A stretch of 62,018 nucleotides of DNA, the filler included. It is 11 parts of 11 records of this genome, joined end to end, with 100 filler letters (N's around TTAATTAATTAA, not from the genome) between each part and the next. Parts side by side here need not be neighbours in the genome. Positions count along the whole stretch, not along the records: positions 35,790 to 39,280 come from SRR11831585_1174; positions 39,381 to 49,013 come from SRR11831585_1176; positions 49,114 to 59,316 come from SRR11831585_1177; 8 more parts are not named here. One strand, 5' to 3'. The position numbers were made by a program, and so were the translations under genes. The notes beneath the pieces are model-generated. The model was not told the DNA's origin. It did no database searches and saw only the letters and a program-made list of their open reading frames with translations. This document shows positions 35,790-50,473 of the stretch, in pieces (within the stretch, counting starts at the first letter, position 1; each line of letters begins with the position of its first letter).

Positions 35790-35850
35790 CTGGTAGCTCG
35801 TCGGGCTCATAACCCGAAGATCGTCGGTTCAAATCCGGCCCCCGCAACCA
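35790..35850 (+). tRNA. metY: Initiator tRNA-fMet(CAT), fMet2 variant, 5'-truncated
   Basis: GGG-CTCATAA-CCC anticodon arm, GGTTCAAATCC, CCA end; directly upstream of rimP-nusA. Confidence 0.97.
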
Positions 35851-35971
35851 CTTTCCCTTAGAGTCCTTTTTCAAATATACTGTGAAGACTTCGGCCTTCG
35901 TAGTGGGATTTGAAAAAATCCTTCTGGAAAGTGCTCCAGACCGCAGTTGCGGTTATAGGGTTCAGTTATAT

Positions 35972-36039
35972 AAAGCCCCGATTTATCGGGGTTTTTTGTT
36001 ATCTGACTACAGAATAACTGGGCTTTAGGCCCTTTTTTT
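35972..36039 (+). terminator. Tandem terminators t1 (35972-35997) and t2 (36020-36039) between metY and rimP
   Basis: CCCCGAT-tt-ATCGGGG-T6 and GGGCT-tta-GGCCC-T7. Confidence 0.85.
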
Positions 36040-36056
36040 ATGTCTTGGGGGTGGGC

Positions 36057-36509
36057 TTGTCCACATTAGAGCAAAAATTAACAGAGATGATTACTGCGCC
36101 AGTTGAGGCCCTGGGTTTTGAACTGGTTGGCATCGAATTTATTCGCGGTCGCACATCCACACTGCGCATCTATATTGATAGTGAAGATGGCATCAATGTT
36201 GATGATTGTGCTGATGTGAGCCACCAGGTAAGTGCTGTGCTGGATGTTGAAGATCCCATCACCGTTGCTTATAACCTGGAAGTCTCCTCACCGGGTCTCG
36301 ATCGCCCACTGTTCACGGCTGAACACTACGCCCGTTTTGTCGGAGAAGAGGTGACTCTGGTTCTCCGTATGGCGGTACAAAACCGTCGTAAATGGCAGGG
36401 CGTTATCAAAGCGGTAGACGGTGAAATGATCACAGTTACCGTCGAAGGTAAAGATGAAGTGTTCGCGCTGAGTAATATCCAGAAGGCGAACCTGGTTCCC
36501 CACTTTTAA
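36057..36509 (+). CDS. rimP: Ribosome maturation factor (TTG start)
   Basis: LRIYID and [14 protein letters not shown] motifs. Confidence 0.96.
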
Positions 36510-36536
36510 TAGTCTGGATGAGGTGAAAAGCCCGCG

Positions 36537-38024
<1,488 letters not shown>

Positions 38025-38048
38025 TAAACTGTAGCAGGAAGGAACAGC

Positions 38049-39280
38049 ATGACAGATGTAACGATTAAAACGCTGGCCGCAGAGCGACAGACCTCCGTGG
38101 AACGCCTGGTACAGCAATTTGCTGATGCAGGTATCCGGAAGTCTGCTGACGACTCTGTGTCTGCACAAGAGAAACAGACTTTGATTGACCACCTGAATCA
38201 GAAAAATTCAGGCCCGGACAAATTGACGCTGCAACGTAAAACACGCAGCACCCTTAACATTCCTGGTACCGGTGGAAAAAGCAAATCGGTACAAATCGAA
38301 GTCCGCAAGAAACGCACCTTTGTGAAACGCGATCCGCAAGAGGCTGAACGCCTTGCAGCGGAAGAGCAAGCGCAGCGTGAAGCGGAAGAGCAAGCCCGTC
38401 GTGAGGCAGAAGAATCGGCTAAACGCGAGGCGCAACAAAAAGCTGAACGTGAGGCCGCAGAACAAGCTAAGCGTGAAGCTGCTGAACAAGCGAAACGTGA
38501 AGCTGCGGAAAAAGACAAAGTGAGCAATCAACAAGACGATATGACTAAAAACGCCCAGGCTGAAAAAGCCCGCCGTGAGCAGGAAGCTGCAGAGCTCAAG
38601 CGTAAAGCTGAAGAAGAAGCGCGTCGTAAACTCGAAGAAGAAGCACGTCGCGTTGCTGAAGAAGCACGTCGTATGGCGGAAGAAAACAAATGGACTGATA
38701 ACGCGGAACCGACTGAAGATTCCAGCGATTATCACGTCACTACTTCTCAACATGCTCGCCAGGCAGAAGACGAAAGCGATCGTGAAGTCGAAGGCGGCCG
38801 TGGCCGTGGTCGTAACGCGAAAGCAGCGCGTCCGAAGAAAGGCAACAAACACGCTGAATCAAAAGCTGATCGTGAAGAAGCACGCGCAGCAGTACGTGGC
38901 GGTAAAGGCGGAAAACGTAAAGGTTCTTCGCTGCAGCAAGGCTTCCAGAAGCCTGCTCAGGCCGTTAACCGTGACGTTGTGATCGGCGAAACTATCACCG
39001 TTGGCGAACTGGCGAACAAGATGGCGGTTAAAGGCTCTCAGGTCATCAAAGCGATGATGAAACTGGGCGCAATGGCAACCATCAACCAGGTTATCGATCA
39101 GGAAACCGCACAGCTGGTTGCTGAAGAGATGGGCCATAAAGTTATCCTGCGTCGTGAAAACGAGCTGGAAGAGGCGGTAATGAGCGACCGTGACACGGGT
39201 GCTGCGGCTGAACCGCGCGCGCCGGTTGTGACCATCATGGGTCACGTTGACCACGGTAAAACCTCTCTGCTGGACTACAT
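38049..39280 (+). CDS. infB: Translation initiation factor IF-2, 3'-truncated; known internal starts at GTG 38520 and ATG 38541
   Basis: [10 protein letters not shown].., AEQAKRE repeats, G1 motif [13 protein letters not shown]. Confidence 0.98.
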
Positions 39281-39380
39281 NNNNNNNNNNNNNNNNNNNN
39301 NNNNNNNNNNNNNNNNNNNNNNNNTTAATTAATTAANNNNNNNNNNNNNNNNNNNNNNNNNNNNNNNNNNNNNNNNNNNN
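39281..39380. other. Artificial contig spacer
   Basis: N44-TTAATTAATTAA-N44. Confidence 0.98.
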
Positions 39381-41738
39381 CGCAACCGGTTGTTGCGGCT
39401 GCTGATATTGTGGCTGCGGCGCAACCGGCTGTTGTGGCTGCTGATACTGCGGCTGCGGCGGAACTGGTTGTTGCGGCTGCTGATATTGCTGCTGCGGTGC
39501 AACCGGTTGTTGCGGCTGCTGTACAGGTTCAACAATTGGCGTAAACAACGGTTCGTGTGGACCATCATCCAGCAACGCTTTCATTGGCGAAAATTCAAAA
39601 TCATCCAGCGAGAACGGATTCGCCCCAGCCGGTTGTTCGCCGGAATAACGTTGTTGTTGAGTTTGCGCAAACTGACGAGCCAGTTCAGCCTCTGCCGCAG
39701 CATCTGCATCTTCTGCGTTTACGGGCACATCATGTTGATACTGTTCGCCATAGCGTTGCTGCTGTGTCTGGGCGAACTGACGTGCCAGTTCATCCTGCTG
39801 CATCGCATCGATTTCATCATCGTTGTACTGATCGCCAGAATCGTACTGATTGCGCTGGGCTTCACGGGCTTTTTCTTCCGCCGCACGCTGTGAGGGCAGC
39901 TTAATACCGTAAGACGCCAGTTCACGACGAGTTGGCACGCGGATACGTTTCGGTCGTGGCAACTGCGGACCAATCCCCTCTTTGACCTGAGGACGCGGTC
40001 CACCGCTATTTGCCAGACTGAAGACTGGCGCGGCAACGGTTGCGGCAGCCCCCGTCGCCAGTGTCGCTTTTTTCACGCCAGATGCCAGCGGGGAAACAGC
40101 GGCAGCGGCTTCTACTGGAGGTACTGCTGCAACAGAAGGTGCTTTCAGCGAAGATTTGATCGGTTCTGGTTCTTTAACCGGTTCTGGAATCGGTTGATAC
40201 CAGGCCGCAAGTTGTTCACGTTCACGGGCTCGCTTCTCTTCAACTTCTTCAAAGTAGTAAAGCGGCGGACGCGCGGGTTTTGTCTCTTCTACAACGGGTT
40301 CAGGCTCCACAACAGGCTGCTGTTCAACGGGTTGCGGCTGTTGGTACAACGGCTCCTGAGCGGCTGGCTGCTGATAAGTTTGCTCAGTCTGGTATGTAGA
40401 CTGTGGAGCAAAAGTGGATTGCTGCTCTTCGGCTTGCCAGGCGTTACCTGCCACCGGTTGTTCTGGCGCAGGGGCATAATACGGCTGTTGCGCAGGTTGT
40501 TCAGCTGCAGGTGCATAATACGGCTGCTGCGGCTGTACTGGTTGTTGCAGCGGCTCATTATATTGCACTGCAGGCTGCGCATATTGTGACTGCTGTGGGT
40601 AACCTTCCGGTGCAGGAGCAATAACCGGCTCTCCCGTTTGTGGACCCGGTACAGGCTGCCAGGCTACTGTAGGTTGCGCAGGTGGAACATCAACAGAGGC
40701 AACAGGCGGCGTCTGAGTCACAGGTTCAACCGGCGCAGCCCAGCTTTGTGTCGCCGTGGTAGCAGCAGCTGCTACAGCGACAGGTTCGGTAATTGGCGCA
40801 CCGTTTAATAATGGATCGTATTCGTCATATTCTGGCTGCGTTGCACGATTGCCCGAAAATAGGACGTCGTCCGGGTCGGCAGCCACACCGCGTGCAGTGT
40901 AGGTAATCTCTTCGTCATCATCCATCCGCTTACCGGAGAACAACGCAGCGTCTGTTTGCCGCCCCATCGGATTAATGAATTTTTCCGCCAACCGTTTACG
41001 ACGCGCTAGCGCGCCGCGAAGAATACGGGCACGGCGTGATTCATGCTGTTTGCCGTGATTTTCATCTTCATACTCTTCGTCGTCTTCATACTCATCTTCA
41101 TCGACCCAGGTATCATCGCGACGGGTACGATTACTGGCGAAGGTGAGAATGTTTAAAATCCAGCCGCCGAGTTTTTCAGCAATGGTCACCCATGACCAAC
41201 CGGTGAACAACGTCAGGCCCGCTGCCCAAACGCAGAGCAGCGCAATAGTTCCCCCGCTACTGTGTAGCAGTGGTTGTAGCGTAGTGCTTAGTAAGCTGCC
41301 AATGACGCCACCGGAGGCAAAATACCAGATATCGTCAGCGTTGATTGCCGCCAGACCACAGGAGGTAAGGATGAGCGCCAAAACGCCAATGATGCGTAGC
41401 GAAACGGCAAAATAATCAATGTATTCGTCGCTGGACTGATGACGCCAGGCAAACCAACAACCGCCGACAATAATGACGGGAATGGTGTAAGCCATCACGC
41501 CAAAAATAAAGAACAGCGTATCTGCCAACCACGCACCGGGCATCCCACCTAAATTATGGATAGGTTCATGCCAGGCCGTTTGCGACCAGCTGGGGTCCGA
41601 AGGGTTAAAGCTTAGTAAGGCAGCCATCAACCAGACGGCAAACAGGACAATAAGGATCAGCAACGCCTCCAGAAGGCGGCGGCCGCTACTTAACTTTGTC
41701 AATGTGACTTCTTTGTCTTCAATGTATTCCTGGCTCAA
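39381..41738 (-). CDS. ftsK: DNA translocase FtsK, truncated in the PQ-rich linker
   Basis: MSQEYIEDK.., SFNPSDPSWSQT, PTRRELASYGIKLPSQR, QQPQQPVAPQ repeats. Confidence 0.98.
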
Positions 41739-41816
41739 GAAAGGCTCTCCAGGTTACAGGCTTTTCCTGCCCGATGCTAAAACGGACAACAGTACCAGGT
41801 TACCCCAGTACTGTTG

Positions 41817-41832
41817 CTGTATGGATTAACAG
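41817..41832. promoter_or_regulatory. LexA (SOS) box upstream of ftsK
   Basis: CTGTATGGATTAACAG fits CTG-N10-CAG; ftsK (dinH) is known to be SOS-inducible. Confidence 0.8.
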
Positions 41833-41872
41833 GAGTGTAATCAAAATACGCCGATTTTGCACCTGTTCCGTG

Positions 41873-42367
41873 TTAGCGCGTCTTAATAACCAGACGATTA
41901 CTCTGCTTGACTTCTTCCATAACAACGTATGTCCGTGTGTCATTGACGCCAGGCAGACGCAGCAGGGTTTCCCCCAGCAACTTACGGTAGGCTGACATAT
42001 CCGGCACGCGTGTTTTCAACAGGTAGTCGAAATCACCGGATACTAAATGACACTCCTGAATTTCTTCAAGTTTTTGTACAGCGGTATTGAATTGTTCAAA
42101 CACATCCGGTGCGCCACGATTCAGAGTAATCTCAACGAATACCAGAAGTGATGCATCCAGATAATGGGGGTTAAGCAGCGCCGTATAGCCCTGAATAAAC
42201 CCTTGTCTTTCCAGCCGACGCACACGCTCAAGGCACGGCGTTGGGGAAAGTCCCACACGTTTAGAAAGCTCGACGTTAGAAATACGCCCATCCTTTTGCA
42301 ACTCATTAAGAATGTTACGATCGATACGGTCGAGATCTTTGCCAGGGCGCTTCTTGCTATCTACCAT
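41873..42367 (-). CDS. lrp: Leucine-responsive regulatory protein
   Basis: MVDSKKRPGKDLDRIDRNIL, 164 aa. Confidence 0.98.
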   Translation of the reverse strand: MVDSKKRPGKDLDRIDRNILNELQKDGRISNVELSKRVGLSPTPCLERVRRLERQGFIQGYTALLNPHYLDASLLVFVEITLNRGAPDVFEQFNTAVQKLEEIQECHLVSGDFDYLLKTRVPDMSAYRKLLGETLLRLPGVNDTRTYVVMEEVKQSNRLVIKTR

Positions 42368-42794
42368 TATTATTGTCTCTCTGTATTCCTTCCCTACTCC
42401 TGTCTGACCCTGAAACATCACTGTTCAGAGTCGCTACCCGTCACGATAGACCGAAATCATGAAGATTCACGGCGCGCAATGCCTGGGTCTACGGTGAGAA
42501 GACCGTTGCCTTGTGGCAGCTATCGACATCACGAATGGCGTCTGTCCACGCCATACGTAGATTTCACTAGCACGGTAAACATGGTATTTACATGCATGGT
42601 TATGCGCATATAAGAATACTGTTTTTTTTCTTCCTCGAATGTTTTCGCAAAACACCAGGGGATTGTCAAAGCAAAACATCGATTTTTAGTACAACATGCC
42701 AGATATTCATTAACAGGGGCGTTTATTCATCATTTAATCGGCTTATAAAGCGGGAAATTTAAGTAGCAGAGGTGATAATGACGGGAGAATTTGA

Positions 42795-43877
<1,083 letters not shown>

Positions 43878-43904
43878 TTTTACAAATCAGTAACAAAAGT
43901 AAAG

Positions 43905-43943
43905 AAGGCGACACCATGCGACTATGGGTCGCCTTTATTTTTT
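43905..43943 (+). terminator. Intrinsic terminator after trxB
   Basis: AAGGCGAC..GTCGCCTT hairpin followed by a T-run. Confidence 0.7.
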
Positions 43944-43999
43944 CCCCGTTGTAACATTGCTCTGCAAATAATTCTGATAACTCACCTGCTAAGCGTGCA

Positions 44000-45766
44000 A
44001 TGAATAAATCTCGTCAAAAAGAGTTAACCCGCTGGTTAAAACAGCAAAGCGTCATCTCCCAACGTTGGCTGAATATTTCTCGTCTGCTGGGCTTTGTGAG
44101 CGGCATATTGATCATTGCCCAGGCCTGGTTCATGGCGCGAATTCTGCAACATATGATTATGGAGAATATTCCCCGTGAAGCCCTGCTGCTTCCCTTTACG
44201 TTACTGGTTCTGACCTTTGTACTGCGCGCATGGGTGGTCTGGTTACGCGAACGGGTGGGTTATCACGCCGGGCAGCATATCCGCTTTGCCATCCGCCGTC
44301 AGGTTCTCGACCGTCTGCAACAAGCAGGGCCAGCGTGGATTCAGGGTAAACCTGCGGGGAGCTGGGCGACGCTGGTACTCGAGCAAATTGACGATATGCA
44401 TGATTACTATGCACGCTATCTGCCGCAAATGGCGCTGGCAGTGTCGGTGCCGTTGCTGATTGTGGTGGCAATCTTCCCCTCTAACTGGGCTGCGGCGCTC
44501 ATTCTGCTGGGCACTGCACCGTTAATTCCGTTGTTTATGGCGCTGGTTGGAATGGGGGCTGCCGATGCTAACCGACGTAACTTTCTCGCTCTTGCTCGCT
44601 TAAGTGGGCATTTCCTCGATCGCCTGCGCGGCATGGAAACATTGCGTATTTTTGGTCGTGGTGAAGCTGAAATTGAAAGTATTCGTTCTGCTTCGGAAGA
44701 TTTCCGCCAACGGACAATGGAAGTGCTACGGCTGGCGTTTTTATCCTCCGGCATTCTCGAATTTTTTACCTCGCTGTCAATTGCTCTGGTGGCGGTCTAC
44801 TTTGGTTTTTCCTATCTCGGCGAGCTGGATTTTGGTCACTACGATACCGGTGTGACGCTGGCTGCGGGTTTTCTGGCCCTGATCCTTGCGCCAGAGTTTT
44901 TCCAGCCATTACGCGATCTCGGTACGTTTTATCATGCTAAAGCCCAGGCTGTTGGCGCAGCTGACAGTCTGAAAACGTTTATGGAAACCCCGCTCGCCCA
45001 TCCGCAACGTGGTGAGGCGGAATTAGCATCGACCGATCCGGTGACCATTGAGGCCGAGGAGCTGTTTATCACGTCGCCGGAAGGTAAAACGCTGGCCGGA
45101 CCGCTGAACTTTACTTTGCCAGCAGGCCAACGTGCGGTGTTGGTTGGTCGCAGCGGTTCAGGTAAAAGCTCACTGCTGAACGCGCTTTCTGGTTTTCTCT
45201 CATATCAGGGATCGCTACGAATCAACGGGATAGAATTACGCGATTTATCACCAGAATCATGGCGTAAACATCTCTCCTGGGTTGGGCAAAACCCACAATT
45301 ACCGGCAGCAACATTGCGGGATAACGTACTACTGGCGCGACCTGATGCCAGCGAACAAGAATTACAAGCAGCGCTGGATAACGCCTGGGTCAGCGAGTTT
45401 CTACCGCTCCTCCCACAAGGCGTTGATACGCCTGTTGGCGACCAGGCTGCCCGCCTTTCCGTGGGGCAGGCGCAGCGCGTGGCGGTGGCCCGTGCGTTAC
45501 TAAATCCCTGTTCGCTATTACTGTTGGATGAACCCGCTGCCAGCCTTGATGCTCACAGTGAACAGCGCGTAATGGAGGCGCTGAATGCCGCCTCTCTGCG
45601 CCAGACAACGTTAATGGTCACCCACCAGTTAGAAGATCTTGCTGACTGGGATGTCATTTGGGTTATGCAGGATGGCCGGATTATTGAGCAAGGACGTTAC
45701 GCGGAATTAAGTGTGGCTGGTGGCCCATTCGCCACATTACTGGCCCATCGTCAGGAGGAGATTTAA
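44000..45766 (+). CDS. cydD: Cysteine/glutathione ABC exporter subunit
   Basis: TM domain plus GRSGSGKS, LSVGQ and LLLDEP. Confidence 0.97.
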   Translation: MNKSRQKELTRWLKQQSVISQRWLNISRLLGFVSGILIIAQAWFMARILQHMIMENIPREALLLPFTLLVLTFVLRAWVVWLRERVGYHAGQHIRFAIRRQVLDRLQQAGPAWIQGKPAGSWATLVLEQIDDMHDYYARYLPQMALAVSVPLLIVVAIFPSNWAAALILLGTAPLIPLFMALVGMGAADANRRNFLALARLSGHFLDRLRGMETLRIFGRGEAEIESIRSASEDFRQRTMEVLRLAFLSSGILEFFTSLSIALVAVYFGFSYLGELDFGHYDTGVTLAAGFLALILAPEFFQPLRDLGTFYHAKAQAVGAADSLKTFMETPLAHPQRGEAELASTDPVTIEAEELFITSPEGKTLAGPLNFTLPAGQRAVLVGRSGSGKSSLLNALSGFLSYQGSLRINGIELRDLSPESWRKHLSWVGQNPQLPAATLRDNVLLARPDASEQELQAALDNAWVSEFLPLLPQGVDTPVGDQAARLSVGQAQRVAVARALLNPCSLLLLDEPAASLDAHSEQRVMEALNAASLRQTTLMVTHQLEDLADWDVIWVMQDGRIIEQGRYAELSVAGGPFATLLAHRQEEI

Positions 45767-47488
45767 ATGCGCGCTTTGCTACCCTATCTGGCACTGTATA
45801 AACGTCATAAATGGATGTTAAGTCTTGGTATTGTGCTGGCAATTGTGACGCTGCTCGCCAGTATCGGTCTGTTGACACTTTCCGGCTGGTTCCTCTCGGC
45901 CTCAGCGGTTGCGGGGGTTGCCGGACTGTACAGCTTCAACTATATGCTACCCGCTGCGGGCGTGCGTGGCGCAGCAATCACCCGTACTGCCGGGCGCTAT
46001 TTTGAACGTCTGGTAAGTCACGACGCGACTTTCCGCGTGTTGCAGCATCTGCGCATTTACACCTTCAGCAAATTGCTGCCCCTCTCCCCTGCCGGACTGG
46101 CGCGCTATCGTCAGGGCGAATTGCTCAATCGCGTGGTGGCGGATGTTGATACGCTCGATCATCTTTACCTGCGCGTTATCTCGCCGCTGGTGGGCGCTTT
46201 TGTGGTGATTATGGTGGTGACAATCGGGTTAAGTTTCCTTGATTTCACCCTCGCCTTTACGCTGGGCGGCATTATGTTACTGACGCTTTTCCTGATGCCA
46301 CCGCTGTTTTATCGTGCGGGAAAAAGCACCGGGCAAAATCTGACTCATCTTCGCGGACAGTATCGCCAACAACTGACGGCCTGGCTGCAAGGGCAAGCTG
46401 AGCTGACCATTTTTGGTGCCAGCGATCGTTATCGCACGCAACTAGAGAATACAGAAATTCAATGGCTGGAAGCGCAACGCCGTCAATCTGAACTGACCGC
46501 ATTGTCGCAAGCGATAATGCTGCTCATTGGCGCGTTAGCGGTGATCCTGATGCTGTGGATGGCGTCTGGCGGCGTTGGCGGCAATGCTCAACCCGGCGCG
46601 TTAATTGCCCTGTTTGTCTTCTGCGCGTTAGCCGCGTTTGAAGCACTGGCACCAGTAACGGGTGCATTTCAGCATCTGGGGCAAGTCATTGCCTCTGCCG
46701 TACGTATCTCTGACTTAACGGATCAAAAACCGGAGGTCACCTTTCCTGATACCCAAACTCGTGTTGCCGATCGCGTTTCGCTGACGTTACGGGATGTTCA
46801 GTTCACTTATCCGGAGCAATCTCAACAGGCACTTAAAGGGATTTCTCTTCAGGTAAACGCCGGGGAACATATAGCGATTCTCGGGCGAACCGGATGCGGC
46901 AAATCAACACTGTTACAACAGCTGACCCGCGCATGGGACCCGCAACAGGGCGAGATTTTGCTTAACGATAGCCCCATAGCCAGCCTGAATGAAGCGGCTC
47001 TACGACAGACCATCAGCGTTGTTCCTCAGCGAGTGCATCTGTTTAGCGCCACGCTGCGTGATAATCTTTTACTCGCCTCGCCTGGCAGTAGTGATGAGGC
47101 TCTGTCGGAGATCTTGCGTCGCGTTGGCCTGGAAAAGCTGCTCGAGGATGCAGGTCTCAACAGTTGGTTAGGTGAAGGCGGACGCCAGCTCTCCGGTGGT
47201 GAACTGCGCCGTCTGGCTATCGCCCGTGCGCTGTTACATGATGCGCCACTGGTGTTGCTGGATGAACCTACCGAAGGCTTAGATGCCACAACCGAAAGCC
47301 AGATCCTTGAATTGCTTGCAGAAATGATGCGTGAGAAAACGGTGTTAATGGTCACCCATCGACTTCGCGGACTCTCTCGTTTCCAACAAATAATAGTGAT
47401 GGACAACGGGCAAATTATTGAGCAAGGTACTCACGCAGAACTGCTTGCCAGACAGGGGCGTTATTACCAGTTCAAGCAGGGTTTGTAA
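45767..47488 (+). CDS. cydC: Cysteine/glutathione ABC exporter subunit
   Basis: RYFERLVSHDATF, GRTGCGKS and LSGGE. Confidence 0.97.
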   Translation: MRALLPYLALYKRHKWMLSLGIVLAIVTLLASIGLLTLSGWFLSASAVAGVAGLYSFNYMLPAAGVRGAAITRTAGRYFERLVSHDATFRVLQHLRIYTFSKLLPLSPAGLARYRQGELLNRVVADVDTLDHLYLRVISPLVGAFVVIMVVTIGLSFLDFTLAFTLGGIMLLTLFLMPPLFYRAGKSTGQNLTHLRGQYRQQLTAWLQGQAELTIFGASDRYRTQLENTEIQWLEAQRRQSELTALSQAIMLLIGALAVILMLWMASGGVGGNAQPGALIALFVFCALAAFEALAPVTGAFQHLGQVIASAVRISDLTDQKPEVTFPDTQTRVADRVSLTLRDVQFTYPEQSQQALKGISLQVNAGEHIAILGRTGCGKSTLLQQLTRAWDPQQGEILLNDSPIASLNEAALRQTISVVPQRVHLFSATLRDNLLLASPGSSDEALSEILRRVGLEKLLEDAGLNSWLGEGGRQLSGGELRRLAIARALLHDAPLVLLDEPTEGLDATTESQILELLAEMMREKTVLMVTHRLRGLSRFQQIIVMDNGQIIEQGTHAELLARQGRYYQFKQGL

Positions 47489-47529
47489 GCTATTATTGAA
47501 CGATCCGACTTGCGTGGAGTTTTGCGGTC

Positions 47530-48234
47530 ATGCGCCTGGTTCAGCTTTCTCGCCATTCAATAGCCTTCCCTTCCCCGGAAGGCGCATTACGTGAGCCTAA
47601 CGGCCTGCTGGCACTTGGGGGCGATCTTAGCCCTGCGCGCCTGTTAATGGCTTACCAGCGTGGTATTTTTCCGTGGTTTTCTCCAGGCGACCCCATCCTC
47701 TGGTGGTCGCCCGATCCCCGCGCGGTGCTATGGCCAGAATCACTGCATATCAGCCGTAGTATGAAGCGATTTCATAAACGCTCGCCCTATCGTGTCACGA
47801 TGAATTACGCTTTTGGTCAGGTCATTGAAGGCTGTGCCAGCGATCGCGAAGAAGGAACCTGGATCACGCGTGGCGTGGTCGAAGCCTACCATCGCCTTCA
47901 CGAACTCGGCCATGCCCACTCCATTGAAGTCTGGCGTGAAGATGAGCTTGTCGGCGGTATGTACGGCGTGGCCCAGGGAACGCTATTTTGTGGCGAGTCC
48001 ATGTTCAGCCGGATGGAAAATGCGTCTAAAACGGCGCTTCTGGTATTCTGTGAGGAATTTATCGGTCATGGCGGTAAGCTTATCGACTGCCAGGTCCTTA
48101 ACGATCACACAGCATCGCTTGGTGCCTGCGAAATTCCCCGCCGGGATTACCTTAATTATCTCAATCAAATGCGCCTCGGACGATTGCCGAATAATTTCTG
48201 GGTACCACGATGCTTGTTTTCACCACAAGAATGA
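47530..48234 (+). CDS. aat: Leucyl/phenylalanyl-tRNA-protein transferase
   Basis: [16 protein letters not shown] and FCGESMF. Confidence 0.97.
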
Positions 48235-48515
48235 ATGTTTTCGGCACATTTCTCCCCAGAGTGTTATAATTGCGGTCGCAGAGTTGGTTACGCTCATTAC
48301 CCCGCTGCCGATAAGGAATTTTTCGCGTCAGGTAACGCCCATCGTTTATCTCACCGCTCCCTTATACGTTGCGCTTTTGGTGCGGCTTAGCCGTGTGTTT
48401 TCGGAGTAATGTGCCGAACCTGTTTGTTGCGATTTAGCGCGCAAATCTTTACTTATTTACAGAACTTCGGCATTATCTTGCCGGTTCAAATTACGGTAGT
48501 GATACCCCAGAGGAT

Positions 48516-48737
<222 letters not shown>

Positions 48738-48775
48738 TTGTTTTACCGCCTGATGGGCGAAGAGAAAGAACGAGT

Positions 48776-48806
48776 AAAAGGTCGGTTTAACCGGCCTTTT
48801 TATTTT
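48776..48806 (+). terminator. Intrinsic terminator after infA
   Basis: AAAAGGTCGG-tttaa-CCGGCCTTTTT. Confidence 0.8.
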
Positions 48807-48918
48807 GTGATATGTATGAAGTACTTTGGAAGTATAAGTCCGTAACTTGTCTCGATGTAGATATACTGCACAACTTGTTTACAGTATGAGCAAACAATAA
48901 TTATCATTAAAATTCTTC

Positions 48919-48947
48919 TTGACCGTTTTACTCCAACTCCCTATAGT
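48919..48947 (+). promoter_or_regulatory. Sigma70 promoter of serW
   Basis: TTGACC-17 nt-TATAGT followed by a GC-rich discriminator. Confidence 0.75.
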
Positions 48948-48990
48948 AGCGCCCCGTTGCCACCCATGAGGTTTGGTAGCAAAACAATTT

Positions 48991-49013
48991 GGTGAGGTGT
49001 CCGAGTGGCTGAA
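48991..49013 (+). tRNA. serW: tRNA-Ser, 5' 23 nt only
   Basis: GGTGAGGTGTCCGAGTGGCTGAA; position after infA; anticodon not visible. Confidence 0.85.
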
Positions 49014-49113
49014 NNNNNNNNNNNNNNNNNNNNNNNNNNNNNNNNNNNNNNNNNNNNTTAATTAATTAANNNNNNNNNNNNNNNNNNNNNNNNNNNNNNN
49101 NNNNNNNNNNNNN
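49014..49113. other. Artificial contig spacer
   Basis: N44-TTAATTAATTAA-N44. Confidence 0.98.
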
Positions 49114-49137
49114 AAGGCGTTCACGCCGCATCCGGCA
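49114..49137. repeat. REP element (partial) at contig end
   Basis: AAGGCGTTCACGCCGCATCCGGCA. Confidence 0.9.
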
Positions 49138-49164
49138 ATAAGTAATGAGCACCGAGACTATAAC

Positions 49165-50348
49165 CTACCCCAGTGGTTTCGCCAGCACCGGAGTATCCGC
49201 CGCTTGCTGGCGCTTATAGCGACCATACAGCAGCAACGACGACATCGCAGCAAACGAAAGCAGGGCGGCAGGCAGCGCCACGTAATTATATGCCAGCCCC
49301 AGCGTCAGCATCATACCTCCGCAATATGCGCCGACGGCGCTACCGAGGTTAAACGCTATTTGCCCACCTGCGGCACCTAATAACTCTCCGCCTTTGGCGT
49401 TTTGTAGTAACAATATTTGTAGCGGTGCTGAAAGGGCAAATAATCCCGCGCAACAAATAAAAGCAAAAATAAGCGACGTTGTTTTCATGCCGCCGCAGAA
49501 AAAGAGCATCAGCAGTGCCAGTACAATTATAAAGTCAGTCACTGCTGCAATGCGCAGTGGTGAATAACGTCCTGAAATCCTGCCACTTAGCATATTTCCC
49601 AGCACCATCCCTAGCCCAACTAACATCATAATAAAGGTCATCGCCGTTTCCGAAAAACCGGAAATAAACATCATGTATGGCTTTACGTAGCTGAACCAGG
49701 CAAACACACCTGCGTTGCCAAACATCGTGGCGGCGAAAATTAACCACGGGGCCGGGCTGCGCAAAAAGTGAAATTGTTCGCGCAGATTTCCTTTCGCCTC
49801 GTCGCGAATATCTGGCACCCAAAAATAGACCGATGCCATCACCGCAATATTAAAAACAGCGATCAATAAAAAGGTGTAACGCCAGCTAAATTCCTGACTT
49901 AAATACGTTCCCAGCGGAATGCCCAGCAAATTGGCGACTGTCATCCCGGAAACCATCCCCGCCACGGCGGCGGTGACTTTCCGGGTTTGATAATTTTTGA
50001 TAACACGATCGCTCCGACGCCAAAAAATGCGCCATGCGGAAAGCCGGATACCAGCCGACCAATGGCGAGCATCAGGTAAGACGAAGAGAGCGTGAACATG
50101 GCGTTGCCAATGACGCACAACGCCACCAGAAACAACAAGATATGTTTGAGTGAGTAGCGGCTGGAAAAGAGTGCGATGATTGGCGCACCGACCACCACCC
50201 CCAGTGCATAATACGAGATCATATGCCCGGCGGCAGGAATCGAAATTCCTACGTTATGCGCCAGCTCCGTGAGCACGCCCATAATGCCAAATTCGGCCAT
50301 CCCCAAACCAAACGTGCCCAGAGCCAAAGATAAAATGACTTTTTTCAT
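49165..50348 (-). CDS. araJ: MFS transporter AraJ, apparent -1 frameshift at 49978-49980
   Basis: MKKVILSLALGTF..KIIKPGK and VTAAVAGMVSG..KPLG lie in different frames; the span is 1184 nt and one extra A joins them. Confidence 0.95.
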
Positions 50349-50473
50349 ACCACCATCACAACCACCAGAACGGCTACCAATCACCGTAGCCAATAAAGTG
50401 ATAGCTTGCAGGATAACGACCAGCAAGGCCAAGAGATAATTCGCCCCTCTGTATTCATTATCCTGCTGAATAG

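Noticed and set aside
39381-39520. Tandem ~39-nt repeats (also the AEQAKRE repeats of infB)
   Set aside because: These are known low-complexity coding linkers of FtsK and IF-2.
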